Shown here piece after piece: positions 1 through 14,346 of a stretch of DNA of 64,000 nt. A program made the translations under genes and the position numbers. Location: NCBI GenBank assembly GCA_904063045.1, contig CAJFCJ010000009.1, forward strand, positions 1,240,968-1,304,967. Direction: 5' to 3'. The DNA comes from Dimorphilus gyrociliatus (lineage: Eukaryota; Animalia; Annelida). The notes below the pieces were generated by a model. The model was not told where the DNA came from and searched no databases. It saw only the letters and a program-made list of their open reading frames with translations. How positions within the stretch are numbered: the first letter of the stretch is position 1; each line of letters opens with the position of its first letter.

Positions 1-1903
1 AAGAGTGATTTAATATTTTAAAAATAAAAAATCTTTATCTATTCAAATACATTTATCAAAATTTTTTTGGTGTGACAAACAATATTATTTATAATTTTAG
101 ATATTGACCAATCTTGTTGTTCTTTATTTCTTTTTATTATACAACTATAAAGAGTATAGATGAATGGACAAGGAAATAAAATTGAATGATCTTTGAGATA
201 AGGATTGTTGGACAGTTTTTTTTTCTATTTAGCTCAATTGTTACATTATGTTACTCTTTAGTTGAGTGTTATTTATCTACGAAGCAGCATCTTCCTCTAC
301 AATCTAATGTAATGAGGGTATCTTTTATACTTGATCTTCTAATGGCTAGTTAAGTGTACAATCATATTAAAAGATATCTTTTTTTATACAAAATTTATTT
401 AAAAACTACAATGATAACAAAATGTCTGTGGAGCAATTGGAAGATGTAGAGGGGGAAAATCATTTCTTCTCATTCTCTTGTGTAAGAAAGAAATGTTGAA
501 GATTCTATTGAAGTTGTATTTCCGTTAGCAATAGGAAAGTTTATGACAATTTAATTGCTTCATTTATGCTATCAATTTCCGACATTTTTCTTTTCAATGT
601 TCCCAACGACTATCCGATATTGAAAAGAAACTTTGATAGTAAGCTATTGATTTATATATGTAAAACGACTCTATTACATTTTCATATATATTGACTTGGG
701 GTAAATAACTACCTCGACGTGGTTGTCAATAAAAAGTTTGAAAGGGCCAAAAACATAATTATCTCTTTTCCTTTTCTACAGAATTCCGAAGAAAGAACGA
801 TCACAATTTTACCTTTTTAACCCTAATCCTAACCGTTCAGTTGACAAGCTACTTCTCATTCTAGTTTTTCTAAGCAAATATTAAAACTTGTAGGCTTTCA
901 ATTAGATCTTATCTTCTCCACTAATTCTAGAATCAAAGAGTGAAATGAAATCTGAAGAATTAAGCTTTCTCCTTCTATTATTTCACAAAGTGTAGCCTAT
1001 AATCTAATTGTCATTTTTGTAGATATGGGAGAAAATTTTAACGAGTCAATCACTGGGAAGAGGGATTTGAGTGAAAAACGTTCTGAAGATTTCTCGTATT
1101 GTGTTAGTTTAATTAAGTTTTTCCACCTGTCTTTCACTCAAATAGATTTAAACACCAATGTTTCAAGATTTCAATGCAGAGTGGGCAACGAAACATTGGT
1201 CAAAGAGAGATTCATCTTCAATTGACGTTGAAGCATTTCTAAAATAAAAAGATATGTTGTTTCGTTAAAATCAGCAGATAGCACAAAGATGGTTAAAGAA
1301 AGAGGTTTAAAGCTAAAAGATATTTGATTCTTGAAGGAAAAGTCGTTCAGAAAAGGAACATTAGGAAAAGGTACAGCAGAAAAATTTAACAGTAATTCAA
1401 CAGATAACGACAGAGCTCTTGTATTAAAAGAATACAAGGAAATTACATGGGAAAAGCTTCTTGAATTATAATAGCATTAAAAAATCTGCAAGAGCAGCAA
1501 AAGATAATTCTCTGAAAATGTGAAATTTTTGTTCCCATCTTTAAGTTGAAAGTATACAAAATCAATAAAACGCTAATAAAATTAAGGATGAAAAAAGTTG
1601 TGGCGTTACTCTTTATTCTTATTTGCAATTGCTTTTTTCTTGAAAAAGAAATCTTAATGGCTTTCATCTTTGAACATATGGCTGAAGATGTTAGACAAAC
1701 ATCTGCAAAAGATATGAATACTAGACTATAAAAAAAACGAAAGAAGCAACACAAAACCCTTCCCTATTTGACTAAAAAGTATCTAAAAATATAAACTTTA
1801 AAACAAAATAATGATAGAAAAAAGAAAATAAAACATAGGCAACTGGCAACTTTTTCCAATAAAATACATAACAAGCGATATGGCAAACGATAGTAGAATA
1901 AAA

Positions 1904-3693
1904 TTATACATTTTTAACAATATAAAGCAAAGGGAAACTACACAGAACCCCTGAGAATATTCCCAAGATTAAAAAGAAGGCAGCCATCATTCCAGCTAAT
2001 CCCTTATGTTGGACTTCGACGTTTCTAAAATGAGAAATCAAAGTTAGATATTTGGATACAAGATGGCGTTCAAGTCAGTACCTTGGGGCATACATCATCG
2101 ACAAACTGGCAAAATAGCCACTTGTGTAGGACAATAAAATCGATCCAATTATGTAAACGTAATCATTGTTGAATAGTAATGGCATGTTGCTAGATCTTAT
2201 ACCATCGGGTCGAGCGTTGCAGAACATAAAAAATGGTATGAAAGCAATCCTCATGATGATAGGTATAAGAACGAATTTTGGTTTAGGCTGAAATGTATAA
2301 AAAATGGTCATCAATATGTAAATACTAGATACATTCATGAATTGGATAAGTGCTAGAGTCGGAAATTGGAATTAACGATCCGTTATCGTCCTCAATGGAA
2401 AATTTGTGTGATATTTTACCAGGAAAAAACATTAAAGAGATTTATATAATATTTATATATTATATTTTCCTAGTAACCGCCTTCTAGAGCGTCCTTTTAT
2501 CAATAATGTAATAAGAAAAATCAACTTACCCATCGAAAGAATTCTGTTGAAAGATTACCCAGTCCAGCGCAAAGGTTGAATATTAGAAAACATGCTATTG
2601 ACACATAGTACTTTTTACTTATCCAAAAGCTATCGCTAGATCTTTCAATTGAGCTTTGTAATGCGGGAAAACAAGAAAGTGAAACAAAATAGACAAGATA
2701 TACGCCTAGACAATGTCTCCAACATTGTTTCAAAACTTTGAAATAGGGAGGCCAACTAGATACCTTTTCCTCAACTTTTTCACTCTTTTCTGACTTTTCA
2801 ACCATTTCAGTGCCCTTACTCGACAAGTCATGGTAATAGTTAAAAAACGGTAGTAATTGGACAAGAAAGTAGGTGTCAAAGGCTATTAGGAGAACGAAAA
2901 TTGCTGCTAAAAAGTAAAAAATAGCAGCAGTTCGAGGATTTGGTGATAAATACTGAGTTAATAGATTTAAGAGCGCTGTAATAATCCCAGAAATGCTTGT
3001 ACCAATAAGAACCGAATTACTATATCTCATAGGTAAGAGAGCAGCTAAACCGTATACGCAATTTTGATATAGCCCACTAGCCAAATTCATGACAACTACT
3101 GTCACCATAGTAATCCAAAAGAATTCTGATTGCCATGTTGTGGAATCAACCATAGCCAAAATAATGGTAATGATGAATAGTAGTGTTATCATTATTAAAC
3201 TTAAAACGATCCTTAAGTGATTATTTCCTGATTTTGATGATTTTCTCTGAGACAAAACGTTCATTAAATTAATGAAAACGTTAGGCACCTGAGAAACAAC
3301 ACCAAGAAAATTTAGAAAAAATGTCCTGTAAGTATCGACAGCCGTATCAGTTCTAGGCGTCGTTATAAGGTTAGCAGAGGTTGTAGAATTTTCGGAGAAG
3401 TTGTAGGACTCGGCTACATCAGGACTTTTCAATTTAAACTTGGTAAAGTAATCATTAGCATTGATAAACATATTCCAAGGCATTAAAACAGCTACACCAT
3501 GTACTAGAAATATAAGGTATACAATATAATATTTATCTACTGGTTTCTTCATATCTGAGCTAGTTGATGAAAAAAATTGTTTCTCAGATTCTTCTTTTTT
3601 GTCGTTCATCAATAATTCGTTCTCAACCCCAGTACCAATGTTTTCGATTTTCAATGCCGAATGGCAGCCATCGCCAGAATTGTTTTTTTGCAT
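1904..3693 (-). CDS. Equilibrative nucleoside transporter (SLC29/ENT family), 3 coding exons (3693-2530, 2287-2081, about 2024-1904)
   Basis: ENT motifs: IFLVHGVAVLMPWNMFINA, QVPNVFINLMN, YSNSVLIGTSISG, FPALQSSI, YTSGYFASLSMMYAPR, GMMAAFFLILGIFSG. GT-AG introns join the ORF-track pieces in frame. Confidence 0.92.
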
Positions 3694-6033
3694 TCTTTGT
3701 TCTCTTTTCTCCTTCCTATTCTTTTAAATACTGAAAAAAGTAGTTCTAAATTAAGAAAACTTGAACTAGAATACATTAAACAGTACCTATCTACTGACAG
3801 ATTAAATGCTGTTTTATCATCAAATTTACGAACAACAGCTTTATTCTTTATTATTTTTTTTTGTCTCTCTCTCGCTCTCTCTCACTCTGTCTCTCCCTAG
3901 CAAAATTTTTCCGTGATACTAACTGCTGAATTATAACATTTATATAAATCATAGGCCGACTACGCTTACCTATATTATCTAAAACGTATTAAATGATAAA
4001 TCTTATATCCAAGAACAAAAAATTATTGATTACGTAATTGTTTAATATCAAATTCTATTAATTTAAACAATATTTTTTAATTTTTCCAAAGGCTATTGTA
4101 AAATCGGAGCTGTTACGAATTTACATACACTGGCAATCCGGGCTGATCGATGACAGGGAAACATAATCGATTAATTCAACACCATTCTATTCGTTAATTG
4201 ACGACAGATTGTAGTAAAATAACATATTAGCTTAAAATTTTCCTTTCGTAGACCTCCTAATAAGTCATATCATTCTGATATCGTATTTATCAATTTAAAA
4301 TACATTTTTATCTCATTCTATTTAAATATTATAATTTATCAATAGACTTAATTAAACTTTATTCGATATTATTTATAGATTTTTTCTATTTTTCCTTCCA
4401 ATTTTCTATCCTAAGAAAATATCAATAGAGAAAATTTTCATCAAACCAATGATTTATATTCTTATAAAAGTGTTATAAAAGGAAAAATTACGGCCGAAAT
4501 CATTCGTATTTGACGAATTAGAGAATGAATATTTTATCTATTATTAGATTATAGATACATATTTAAACCTCTTCCGTATATTACGTAATACTTTTATAAA
4601 ACTTAATATAACATTTACCTATATACTGCATACATATATATATATATATTCAAATATATATTCAATACTGTATATATTCCATTCGTAGACTAATAATCGC
4701 ATTTCCTGTTTATTTCTCCTTTTACAGTAATAATTAAGAAAATCGAATAAAAATATATAAATACAGAGAAAGTTGATTTTTTTTTATTCTGATTTCTATA
4801 CTTTTACAATAAAATGATTGATTTCATTGATATAAATACATATTCTTGTACTTGAATTTTCTTGTTGAAATAGCACAGACTATCCATTGTATTATTAATA
4901 TTAACAGAGATATATTTAGAAGCGTACTCTATATGCTTATAAGTAAATAAATTTTACCGCCAAAAAGTACGCTTCGTATAGAACGTTGAAAGAGCTTAAC
5001 AAAGACATTGGGAATTTTTTTTTCTCATTCTTAAAGTGTTTATATAAGGGACGTGTTTTAGATCGTAATTCTATCCTTTGGATTCTTGATTTTATCATAA
5101 ACAGATATAATAATCTTACTATGTTACATTTGACCCTATAAAAGAGACAAAGATTCTATTCTGTCATTTCAATTTTATTGATTAATTTATTAATATTCAA
5201 ATATTTCTTATAGTCTTCCCACATATTATATATTATTAATACTTAATCCAACAATACGATCATCGATTTACAAGAACTAAGAAAGCCACGTGCTTTTTCA
5301 GATTAGAAAAAATTACATATCTATTAAATACAGTAATTAAATAGATTTGATAATAATTTGATTAATATAGTTATTTTAATTATAGAATATTAGTTTAAGA
5401 CTTACATTGATATTTTTTAGGTAAATTTACAGAAATTCAACATCAGTCTCTCGCAACGGATAATCTATGGGGGAGGGCGAAAACAGGAACTGCTCAATTT
5501 CTGGCAAAACGGACTGCAGATGGCAATGCAGTCTGTTGTTCGACCGCAAGAATTTCACACGATAGATATTGTAGATATAATAAATAATCTAGGAAAGGTT
5601 TATATCGTGAAGAAAAATAGACCGCTCTAATATATCTTATTTGCTTGCATGTACCTCCTACGATATAATAGGTTTAGTTAAATTGGAAAATAAATAAAGT
5701 ATATTTATATTGTTTGTAAATGTATGTAGGGTGCAAGGAATACTGTATATACGCAGTCTCTTTCCTTTTTCTTTAGTTTGTAATCAGTGTTAATTGTTAG
5801 CAAAAGAAGTAGTACTATAATAAAGAGAAGACATAACATCCAAGATATGTATTTAATATAAATCACATAAATAACAATCTCTTAGTATTTCATTATACTC
5901 TTGTACTTACGCCGTAAAATTTTGTACATTTCCATCGGATTTCAATATCTGTGTATTACATAATAGAAGATTAAAACTAATTAACTCTTTTTTATAGAAG
6001 ATAGCTTACTCAAAAAAAAAACTTGAAGTCAAT

Positions 6034-9000
6034 TTATAAACGCAAAGCGGGTGGGGAAGAATCTTCGGGAACTTTCCATTGAAGCGTTCTACCCTGATCG
6101 TACAACTGTTGTAATATATCCTTAAACTTTTCAGGTCCGTCCTTCGATAATTCCAAATATTTTCTATACAATTTCAAAGCAGTTCTAGCATCTTCTATGG
6201 AATCGTGCACTGACGATTGAATATTTATACCTGTACAAGTAATATTTAATAATTTTTTATTAATTATTAAGTTTTATAATATATGTTTCTATATAGAAGA
6301 TATTATTTGAATACCTAAGAAGAACCAGGCTAAAAATTTCAAAGATAGCATTCTCTGTCTAGGAAGGTAGAAGAGTTCAACAGTATCGATAACTTGATCT
6401 TTTGGTACAATCAGATTGATAACACGAAAATCTTTCTTTAATCCATGACCGACAAATTTCACTCCTATATCTATCAAGTATCTCAATTTCAGATAAGTTG
6501 ATTTTAGAGTTGTTAGATGCTTTTTTGAAGAGGCAACGTTCAAATCTCCAGGTTCAATGCCAGAGAATTGTGTCAAATAATCAACAACTTGCTCTTGAGT
6601 TGATATATAGTCATCAATGAATGGTTCATCCATCATTGCTCCTTGACTAAAGTTTTAAAAAAAAAATCTAAAATTAACATACTAAATGCGTTAAAAATAA
6701 TCGACTAAATACACTTTGAAAATACGTACCCTCTTATACAAGTAACTCTAGCAACAGACATATGGGACGGTTTGATTGTAGATTTCGTCCCATCGCTTCT
6801 CAATTCTGCTTCTTCCTGATTTAAGGTCACAAATTCAGCGTCCAGGCCTACAATGTCACCTTCTTGTGGTATCTCGCTTTCGTCGAGTGGCGTAAAGTCA
6901 AGGATTTTTTGTTTGTCCAAATTAACCAGCGATGTATTTTCAAGCAAAACTTCATAGCTGATCGGATTTTTTGTTTCAATTTTATGTATCTCATCAACTT
7001 TCGAACGAATGTAATAAAGAACACAAGGAATTTTCCAATTATGTCCCAGAGATGTTGATACATTTTCATCGACAGGAGTTATAGCAAAATCGTTAAATAG
7101 ATGCCTAAATGGAATAAAGATAAGCGTTTGTTTTTTATATCATACTCGAGTATCAGTATTATAAAAATTACAAACCATTGACTAGCATTAATACCCTCTT
7201 TGACCAAATTATAAGAGTTCCCAACAAAAACATGATTCACAAAATGACCTCCTTTCAAGTGATCATTTATATGACAAACGCTCGAATGAAGGTCGTACGT
7301 AATCCATCCTTCCTCCTGTTTTATGTCGTCTTTGTTTCGTATTTCGTTAACAAATAATTCTCCATCATTTAAGCGAATCTGTAACCTCAAAGGAATCCAA
7401 CTTTCACCTTGCTCCATTTCACCAAATTTCGAAGCTCCCTTACTTCTTTCATCATGTCGAAATTTGCAATCTCTTCGAACACATGAATTTCCATATCTAC
7501 AAGCTGGACGATTGTATTTCAGCTCTTCATCAACCTTTGTTTCCATTTTTAGTAGCTGAAATTTAATAATAATAATAATATTTGCTTATAATCTAAAATT
7601 AAATCTGTCTGAAACCTTATGCTGTGTTTCCCAGAACTCATAATCTTTCTGACTTTCCGAATGGCAATTTAAAGCCAAAACGTCGCTTATATTCTTGACA
7701 AATAAACATCTCTGCCTCTGAAATTAACAAAAAAATTAGTTATTAACTTGTAAAATATTATTGATTATTTACTAACATGAGGTTGATATTTACTACAATT
7801 TGAACACCAAGTTGTTGTTGTCTGTTCAATTTGAACACTAGCCTTGAGTACATCAGCAAAACTGCTCTTGATATCTTTTGGTCCAGCAACAGAATTAGGA
7901 TAAGTAAGATCGAAAAAGAAAGATCTTCTATCCTTATCTGATTCTAAGCCACATTTACAAGTGAATCTATAAGGAATTAAATTTTTTATAGAGAACAATT
8001 AATTTAGAATTAAGATAACAAATCGTCTAAAACTAACAGATTATGCAATTCGCTACCAAATAGCTCGGTAATAATAGTTGAGTCCTCATCTCTCAATTCA
8101 ATGTTATTTTCGTCAACACTTGACTGCTTAAGAAGCTCTACTTGCTGAGCAATAGATCTTTTACGTGAACTTCCGGAAAGCTTTTGCTCTCTAAGTGCAG
8201 TTACTAATTCAGCGTGCAGATGAGTCAAACAAAAACGATGAAAACTCTGTATTAATCTAACAGCGTTGGGGGGTGGATCATCTCCAGATAAGACTATTTT
8301 CAGGGCTGCGGCTTCTGGCAAAGATCTAAATGCTCTAAGAAAATTCATAGGTTGGCAGGTATTTCCCTCCTTAAATCGAATTATATAGAAAATTAATATA
8401 AAAAAATTAATAAAGATAGCAAAAAATTAACCTGTATATCTTGCATATGGAAAAGAAAGCCCAATTCGCAAGATAGGCAGTGTTCCTTCGAACATAGATG
8501 ACTCTTAATTGCCTTACGAAAAGGATCAATAAAATATAAAGTTTGCAATAGAACATTGCAGTAAGAATTCGCTGTAAAAGCTTCAAGACCAGCAAATTTT
8601 GTTCGGTTATAAACCGAAAAGTCAAAGTCTTCAACACCCAATTTCGAATATTTAATTTCCACTTTTCTGTAACATTTTGGTATAAGAGATTCTTCTTCTT
8701 GTATACTTGTCGTTCTGTTTCTTCGATTATCATCCAATTTTGATGATGTTTTCAACTTGTATGGAACTTGATTACGCTTCATGTTTTTAGGCTTTGGGGC
8801 ATAACTAATACCTTGTCCACTTTTGATTGATCTTAACAGTTCGGGGTCCAGTGGGAGAGGTTTTCTATAGATCCGTTCAGTCCAATCATAAGGCCATTGG
8901 GAAAGTAATTCAACATTTGGCGCCGGCCATTCCATTGGGATGTACGCTAAAGATGTCAATTCACTGCTTACAGGTAAGTAGGGTTGTTGCGTTTTATCCA

Positions 9001-11081
9001 CAGGCTATAAATAGATTATGAATAGTTTTAGAAAATCAAAATTCATTGTTTTTAAACGTGTTACTTACCACAGCTAATTCAGTCTCAATGGAATTTGCAT
9101 TATACGGATATCGTTCACCGGAATTCGCCGAAGTGAATAAATGTAAATAACCTATAAAAGTTTTAAAAGGAAATAAAAAAAGGAATTCGAGTTAAAATAG
9201 TGATTAGTAAGCTAACCAGCTTGATCACCGAATATTAGATTTTGATAATTAGAGCTAATATCGAAAGCTGATATGCTGCTTGTTTGATTGTTTATTTGAT
9301 GAAAAGTTGGCAAAGTTTCAATGGACGCCTGTTCCATTACTTGAAATTGTCCGGCCTGTAAGTTATATTTGAAGACGTCATTGGAGAATTTAATGAAAAA
9401 TGGGTCGTATCAAAAACAGTAAAATGATACTTTAGAAAAGCGAATAATGAAAAAATTATAGCGTACTTACTTGTGACACAACGCATATTCTATCAGCAAA
9501 GGTTGGAACAAATCGAAGAAATATTGGATCGAGAGCGACAGGAATAGGAGCGAGAGATCTATTCATTCTCAAGTCGTATACCTTAAGAAATCTATCAACT
9601 GTGAGGGTGTTGGGCCTGCAGAATAATTATTAAAATTATATTAAATAGTCTCATAGAGAGAAAATAATTGTAAAAGATGAGAACTAAGACGGATAATCCG
9701 TCTAATCATAATTACGGAAAATAGATTGTACGAGAATTAAGGAGTCAAACCTTGTGGAAAATCCACATGTTACTAATTGGTTGCCGTGTACGTCAAAATC
9801 ACTCAGACAACCACTATGAGCATCGAAAGTAGTAACAACATTTAAAGTTGTTGGATCTCTAAAAACAACTTGGCCGTTGGGATTCCCGCAGCAAACATAC
9901 TGACTTGATCTTCTCATAAGTGCACATCCTCCTTCAATTTCCTTTAATAATCTTACGCATTGTCCAGTTTCGATGTCGTATTCTAAAAGGTGCGGATGGT
10001 GTCCACCGAACAAAACAGTTGAAACTCCCGTAGGTAATGCGCATAGCATATCATTCAATTCTGCACTTGCTAAATTTAATAAGCATCTTCCTGTTTTTTG
10101 ATAAACTCTAACCTGGATATTGTTGAAAAAAATCATAACAAAGATTAAATATACCTGTTATATACTTTAGACAAAATTATACAAGACCTTCACATTGAGC
10201 ACAAAATATAGCTTATATCAATTAAAAACAAAAAAATCTCCACTATTTGTTGAATGACTATTATATATACAGTATTATACTTACTACAAGTATATAAAAA
10301 CCGTTATGAAACAGTAATAATCTATTATTATTCAATTACTGCACTATCTTAAAAACACTAACACTATATATCAACAGTAGTGCGAAAAAATTCTAATAAA
10401 TAAAAAATAATACTTGCCAAGTCGCTAAGAAGTATAAGTACAGTTGATTCGTAGGTTTGAATAAATCTTACATCATGAAGAGTATCGTGAACTTGAAAAG
10501 ACGTATATTTATTCATCTCTGGGCCATAGTAGCTTGTGACATGACCGCATTGATTTCCCATCCATACGAGTTCTTCATGATCATCAAATCGAAGACTTGT
10601 TACTCCAAGATGATCACTTCCATCAACAATTATTGAATGTACTCGAACAAATTCTGCTGTTTCCAATCCATCATCTTTTACTGATTGAAAAAGTTAAAGA
10701 GTATAACAACTGCATTCATATTATATTAGTTAATCTGCCAACTTTGATGTAGAAAAGTGTTACTTATTAAAGCGATGGTGTATTCAATAGTAATACAAAA
10801 GAGAGTAATATTATGATTACACGGATATAAATAATTCAGAAACTTTTATGTTCTTAAATTTTCTAGAAATTATTACGTTTCAACACTAAATTAAAGAGAA
10901 ATATAAGATAAGTTCGCAAGTGAAATCTCCTTAACAATTATTTTGCAATACTTTTTTAGTAAAAAATTTATTAATCAAGACTTTTTTTATATTCCAATTA
11001 TTTACTTTTCAAATATTAGATTACTTACCTAAAGGATAACCATCCGGTATAATTTCGGCTCCAAAACTCATTACGAATATG
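6034..11081 (-). CDS. PAN2: PAN2 deadenylase catalytic subunit (WD40, pseudo-UCH, DEDD exonuclease), multi-exon
   Basis: [114 protein letters not shown]. Short first exon [14 protein letters not shown] at 11081-11029; stop TAA at 6034. Confidence 0.95.
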
Positions 11082-12041
11082 TAAACTCCTCAAAAAAGAG
11101 ATTAACTTGGTACTTTCACACTGAAAGAAAATGTTCTGTGATGTAATTATGGAATGTAATTTTAACACTATTCCAATGTACATTACATCTTTAACAGTCA
11201 CAAGAGTTTGTACTTTACCTACCCTAGAATATATTAAAGTGATTACTGCAATAAAACCATAAGCCTATAGAGGGCGCTTTCAATGTTATTTGAAACAATT
11301 TGTACCAAAACTTCTTAGTTGTTAAAGTTAGCTAGACAGTTAGAATGAATTTACGATTCAGAGATGAATATTCTAAATGAGTTGCATTTTCTGTATGATG
11401 AAACGCAGAAGATTCGTTAATTGATCTCTAATATAGACTCCTCAAATTCGAATGCTCTAATGAAATATTCATATTCTTTAATTGTATACTACTCAAACGC
11501 TATTTTTCATGATTTCTTTTTATCAATTACTATCGATTTCATCATTGTTTTAGTTAAAAGAAGATGTAAATACTTACTCGTAATTAGGAACTCGTTGAAA
11601 AGAGAGAAGAATTGCTGAATAAAGATCGGTGTGAGTCCTAGCGACTTGCGTTAAATCACAGACTAAAAAACTTATATATACAATATAAAAATTATTTTTT
11701 TTTAATTTTTATTTTTTCGTTAAGAATTAAATTTTAAAACAGCGTCTCTGTTTCTTCCTTTTTTTGACCGGAAGCACTATTGTTTTGTCTCTAGACTGGT
11801 TACACAGAGGTGCTTTTAAAAGTTTGGAGATAATTTTTTTTCAAAACATGCAATAAATCAAATATGCTAAATCAAGAATATTTTTCATTATAGTATTCGT
11901 ATTGATCCTAAACAAACCCGCAATTCAGTTCCTTTTCTCTGAGTTAAAAGAGATTTTCAAACAGTTTCCGGTCCGGCAAAACGTGAGCTATAGCAGACGA
12001 TTAGCCAAACTTTATAGCTTATTATTGGCATCTAAACTGAA

Positions 12042-14177
12042 ATGATGTATCGAATATATAACGCAATTCGCACTATAAAAATTCCCTTTACACGATCAAG
12101 TAGGTAGAAGTACATATAAATCAGTATTATTCTTCATATTCCTTATTCTGTTTTTCAATATCAATTAGAACGTTTGTCAAGTTCATTTTGTGCAAGATCT
12201 CATACATGTGGGGAATTGAATGACTCAAACGTTGGTGAAAGAGTTACTCTTTATGGGTGGGTACAATTTCAAAGAATGAATAAATTCTTAACACTTCGAG
12301 ATTCATATGGCTCAACACAAGTTATCTTACCTCCGAAATTTGCAAAGCTAAAGCCTGAAAGCGTAGTTAAAGTTAGTGGTTCTGTTGCTAAACGACCAGA
12401 AGGTCTAAGCAATTCCGATATGAAAACTGGGAATATTGAAATAATTGCTGATGATGTTGAATTGTTGAATGAATGTCCGCAAACTCCATTTTCAGTACAT
12501 GATAATAGGAATGTTAACGAAGATACAAGGCTTAAACATCGATATTTAGATATTAGATCTGCAGAAATGCAAAAGAGATTGCGAATGAGATCAAAACTTC
12601 TCTTTAAAATGAGAGAATTTTTATGTGAAAAACATAGTAAGAATTATTTTGTACGTTTGAACAGTGTGTCATAATCTATAAAAAATATCTTCAGATTTTG
12701 TTGACGTCGAAACACCGACGCTTTTCAGGAAAACGCCTGGAGGAGCCAGAGAATTTATTATACCAAGCCATACCGTACCAAATCACTTCTATTCTTTACC
12801 GCAAAGCCCCCAACAGTTTAAGCAGCTTCTTATGGTCGGCGGTATAGATAGGTAACTAAAAACTAATCTTATTAATTGGATTTTATAATTAAGTTAGTTT
12901 ACAGGTACATGCAAATAGCAAGATGCTATAGAGATGAGACAACTAGGCCTGATAGACAACCAGAATTCACACAGCTTGACTTGGAAATGTCCTTTGTCGA
13001 TAGCGAAAATATAATGAATTTAACAGAGGAAATGCTAAAATACTCTCTGCCATTTGAACTAGAGACGCCTATTCCTAGGTATGATTATGGTCAAGTTATG
13101 ATTGATTACGGAACAGATAAACCGGACTTGCGAATACCTTATAAAGTTTGATATCTCTTTTCGATAACTATTTCAAAATTACAAAATTTTTACAATTGAC
13201 AGATAGAAAATATTCCTCAAAGTATGCCAAAAATCAAGCATGAAACAATAAAGTTCATTAAACTTGAAGGAGCAACGGTAAGTTTCGTTTTGCAACTTTA
13301 ACTTTAAAAAAAAAATTGATTATTATTTTTGTTTTGTTTATCTCTTTGCAAATTTAGAACTATTTAGAGGAGCCCCAATTAAAAGAATTAATGAAGTATG
13401 CATCAGATTTTCAAGGACGTGTGAGTGATTATCTGTTATTAATTTTTATTTTTCTTAAATACTGTATGTCCTTTCGCCCTCTAGGAGTTTAGAATTCTTC
13501 AAACAAATGATGCTCAGAATTCTATACATAAGATATTTAACTCTAAACCGGAAGATATAATTCTTATGGCAACTGGTTCAGTGCCTCAAGTTTGCAGTTT
13601 ATTAGGAAACTTAAGAGTTGCTTCAGCTGACCTTCTTGAAAAAAGCGGTTGTAAAGTTCGAAGTAGTGATTATCGTTTTGCTTGGATCAAAAATTTCCCG
13701 CTTTTTGAGAAAAATGATGGAAAGTTTGAATCAGCTCACCATCCATTCACCGCTCCACAGGAAAAGGACGAGCATCTAGTTTATACCGATCCAATAATGG
13801 CCCGAGGTAATCACTACGATCTTGTTTTGAATGGATTCGAAGTTGGAGGTGGTTCGATAAGAAATCATAAGTCAACATTACAAAGATATATCATTGAAGA
13901 AATTTTAAAGGAGGACAGCAAAACGTTAGATCATTTATTGACAGCCCTAGATATGGGTGCTCCTCCTCATGGAGGTATAGCTTTGGGTCTCGATAGACTA
14001 GTTGCAGTTCTCTGCAATGTTACAAGTATAAAGGAAGTAATTGCTTTTCCAAAGACAAACGAAGGTCGCGATTTAATGTCATGTTCCCCTGCTCCATTAT
14101 CTAAAGAAGATGCAGATTATTATTTGAAAGACTATATTTCAAAGAAGCAGTCAGAAAAACCGAATACAACAACATAG
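12042..14177 (+). CDS. DARS2: Mitochondrial aspartyl-tRNA synthetase, multi-exon
   Basis: [50 protein letters not shown]...[46 protein letters not shown]. Basic N-terminal targeting-like exon starts at 12042. Confidence 0.95.
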
Positions 14178-14346
14178 TATATATAATTTCAATATTATTT
14201 CCTACAAGGATCTTTAACGTCTATACTATTTTGTTTTTTGCTATTTTCGAATGAAAAGGTCTTGATAACGAATAACTACGCGTACAAAATCCACGTGTTA
14301 ACATTGACAAACAGATATTACGATACATTGCCTTTACGAAAATAAT

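Noticed and set aside
818-834. Telomere-like taaccctaatcctaacc
   Set aside because: Fewer than three degenerate units; expected by chance.
11741-11815. Imperfect hairpin AGCGTCTCTG...CAGAGGTGCT between PAN2 and DARS2 as an ncRNA or MITE
   Set aside because: Only about a 10-11-bp stem with G-U pairs; an internal T7 run would stop Pol III; no second copy, target-site duplication or known RNA motif.
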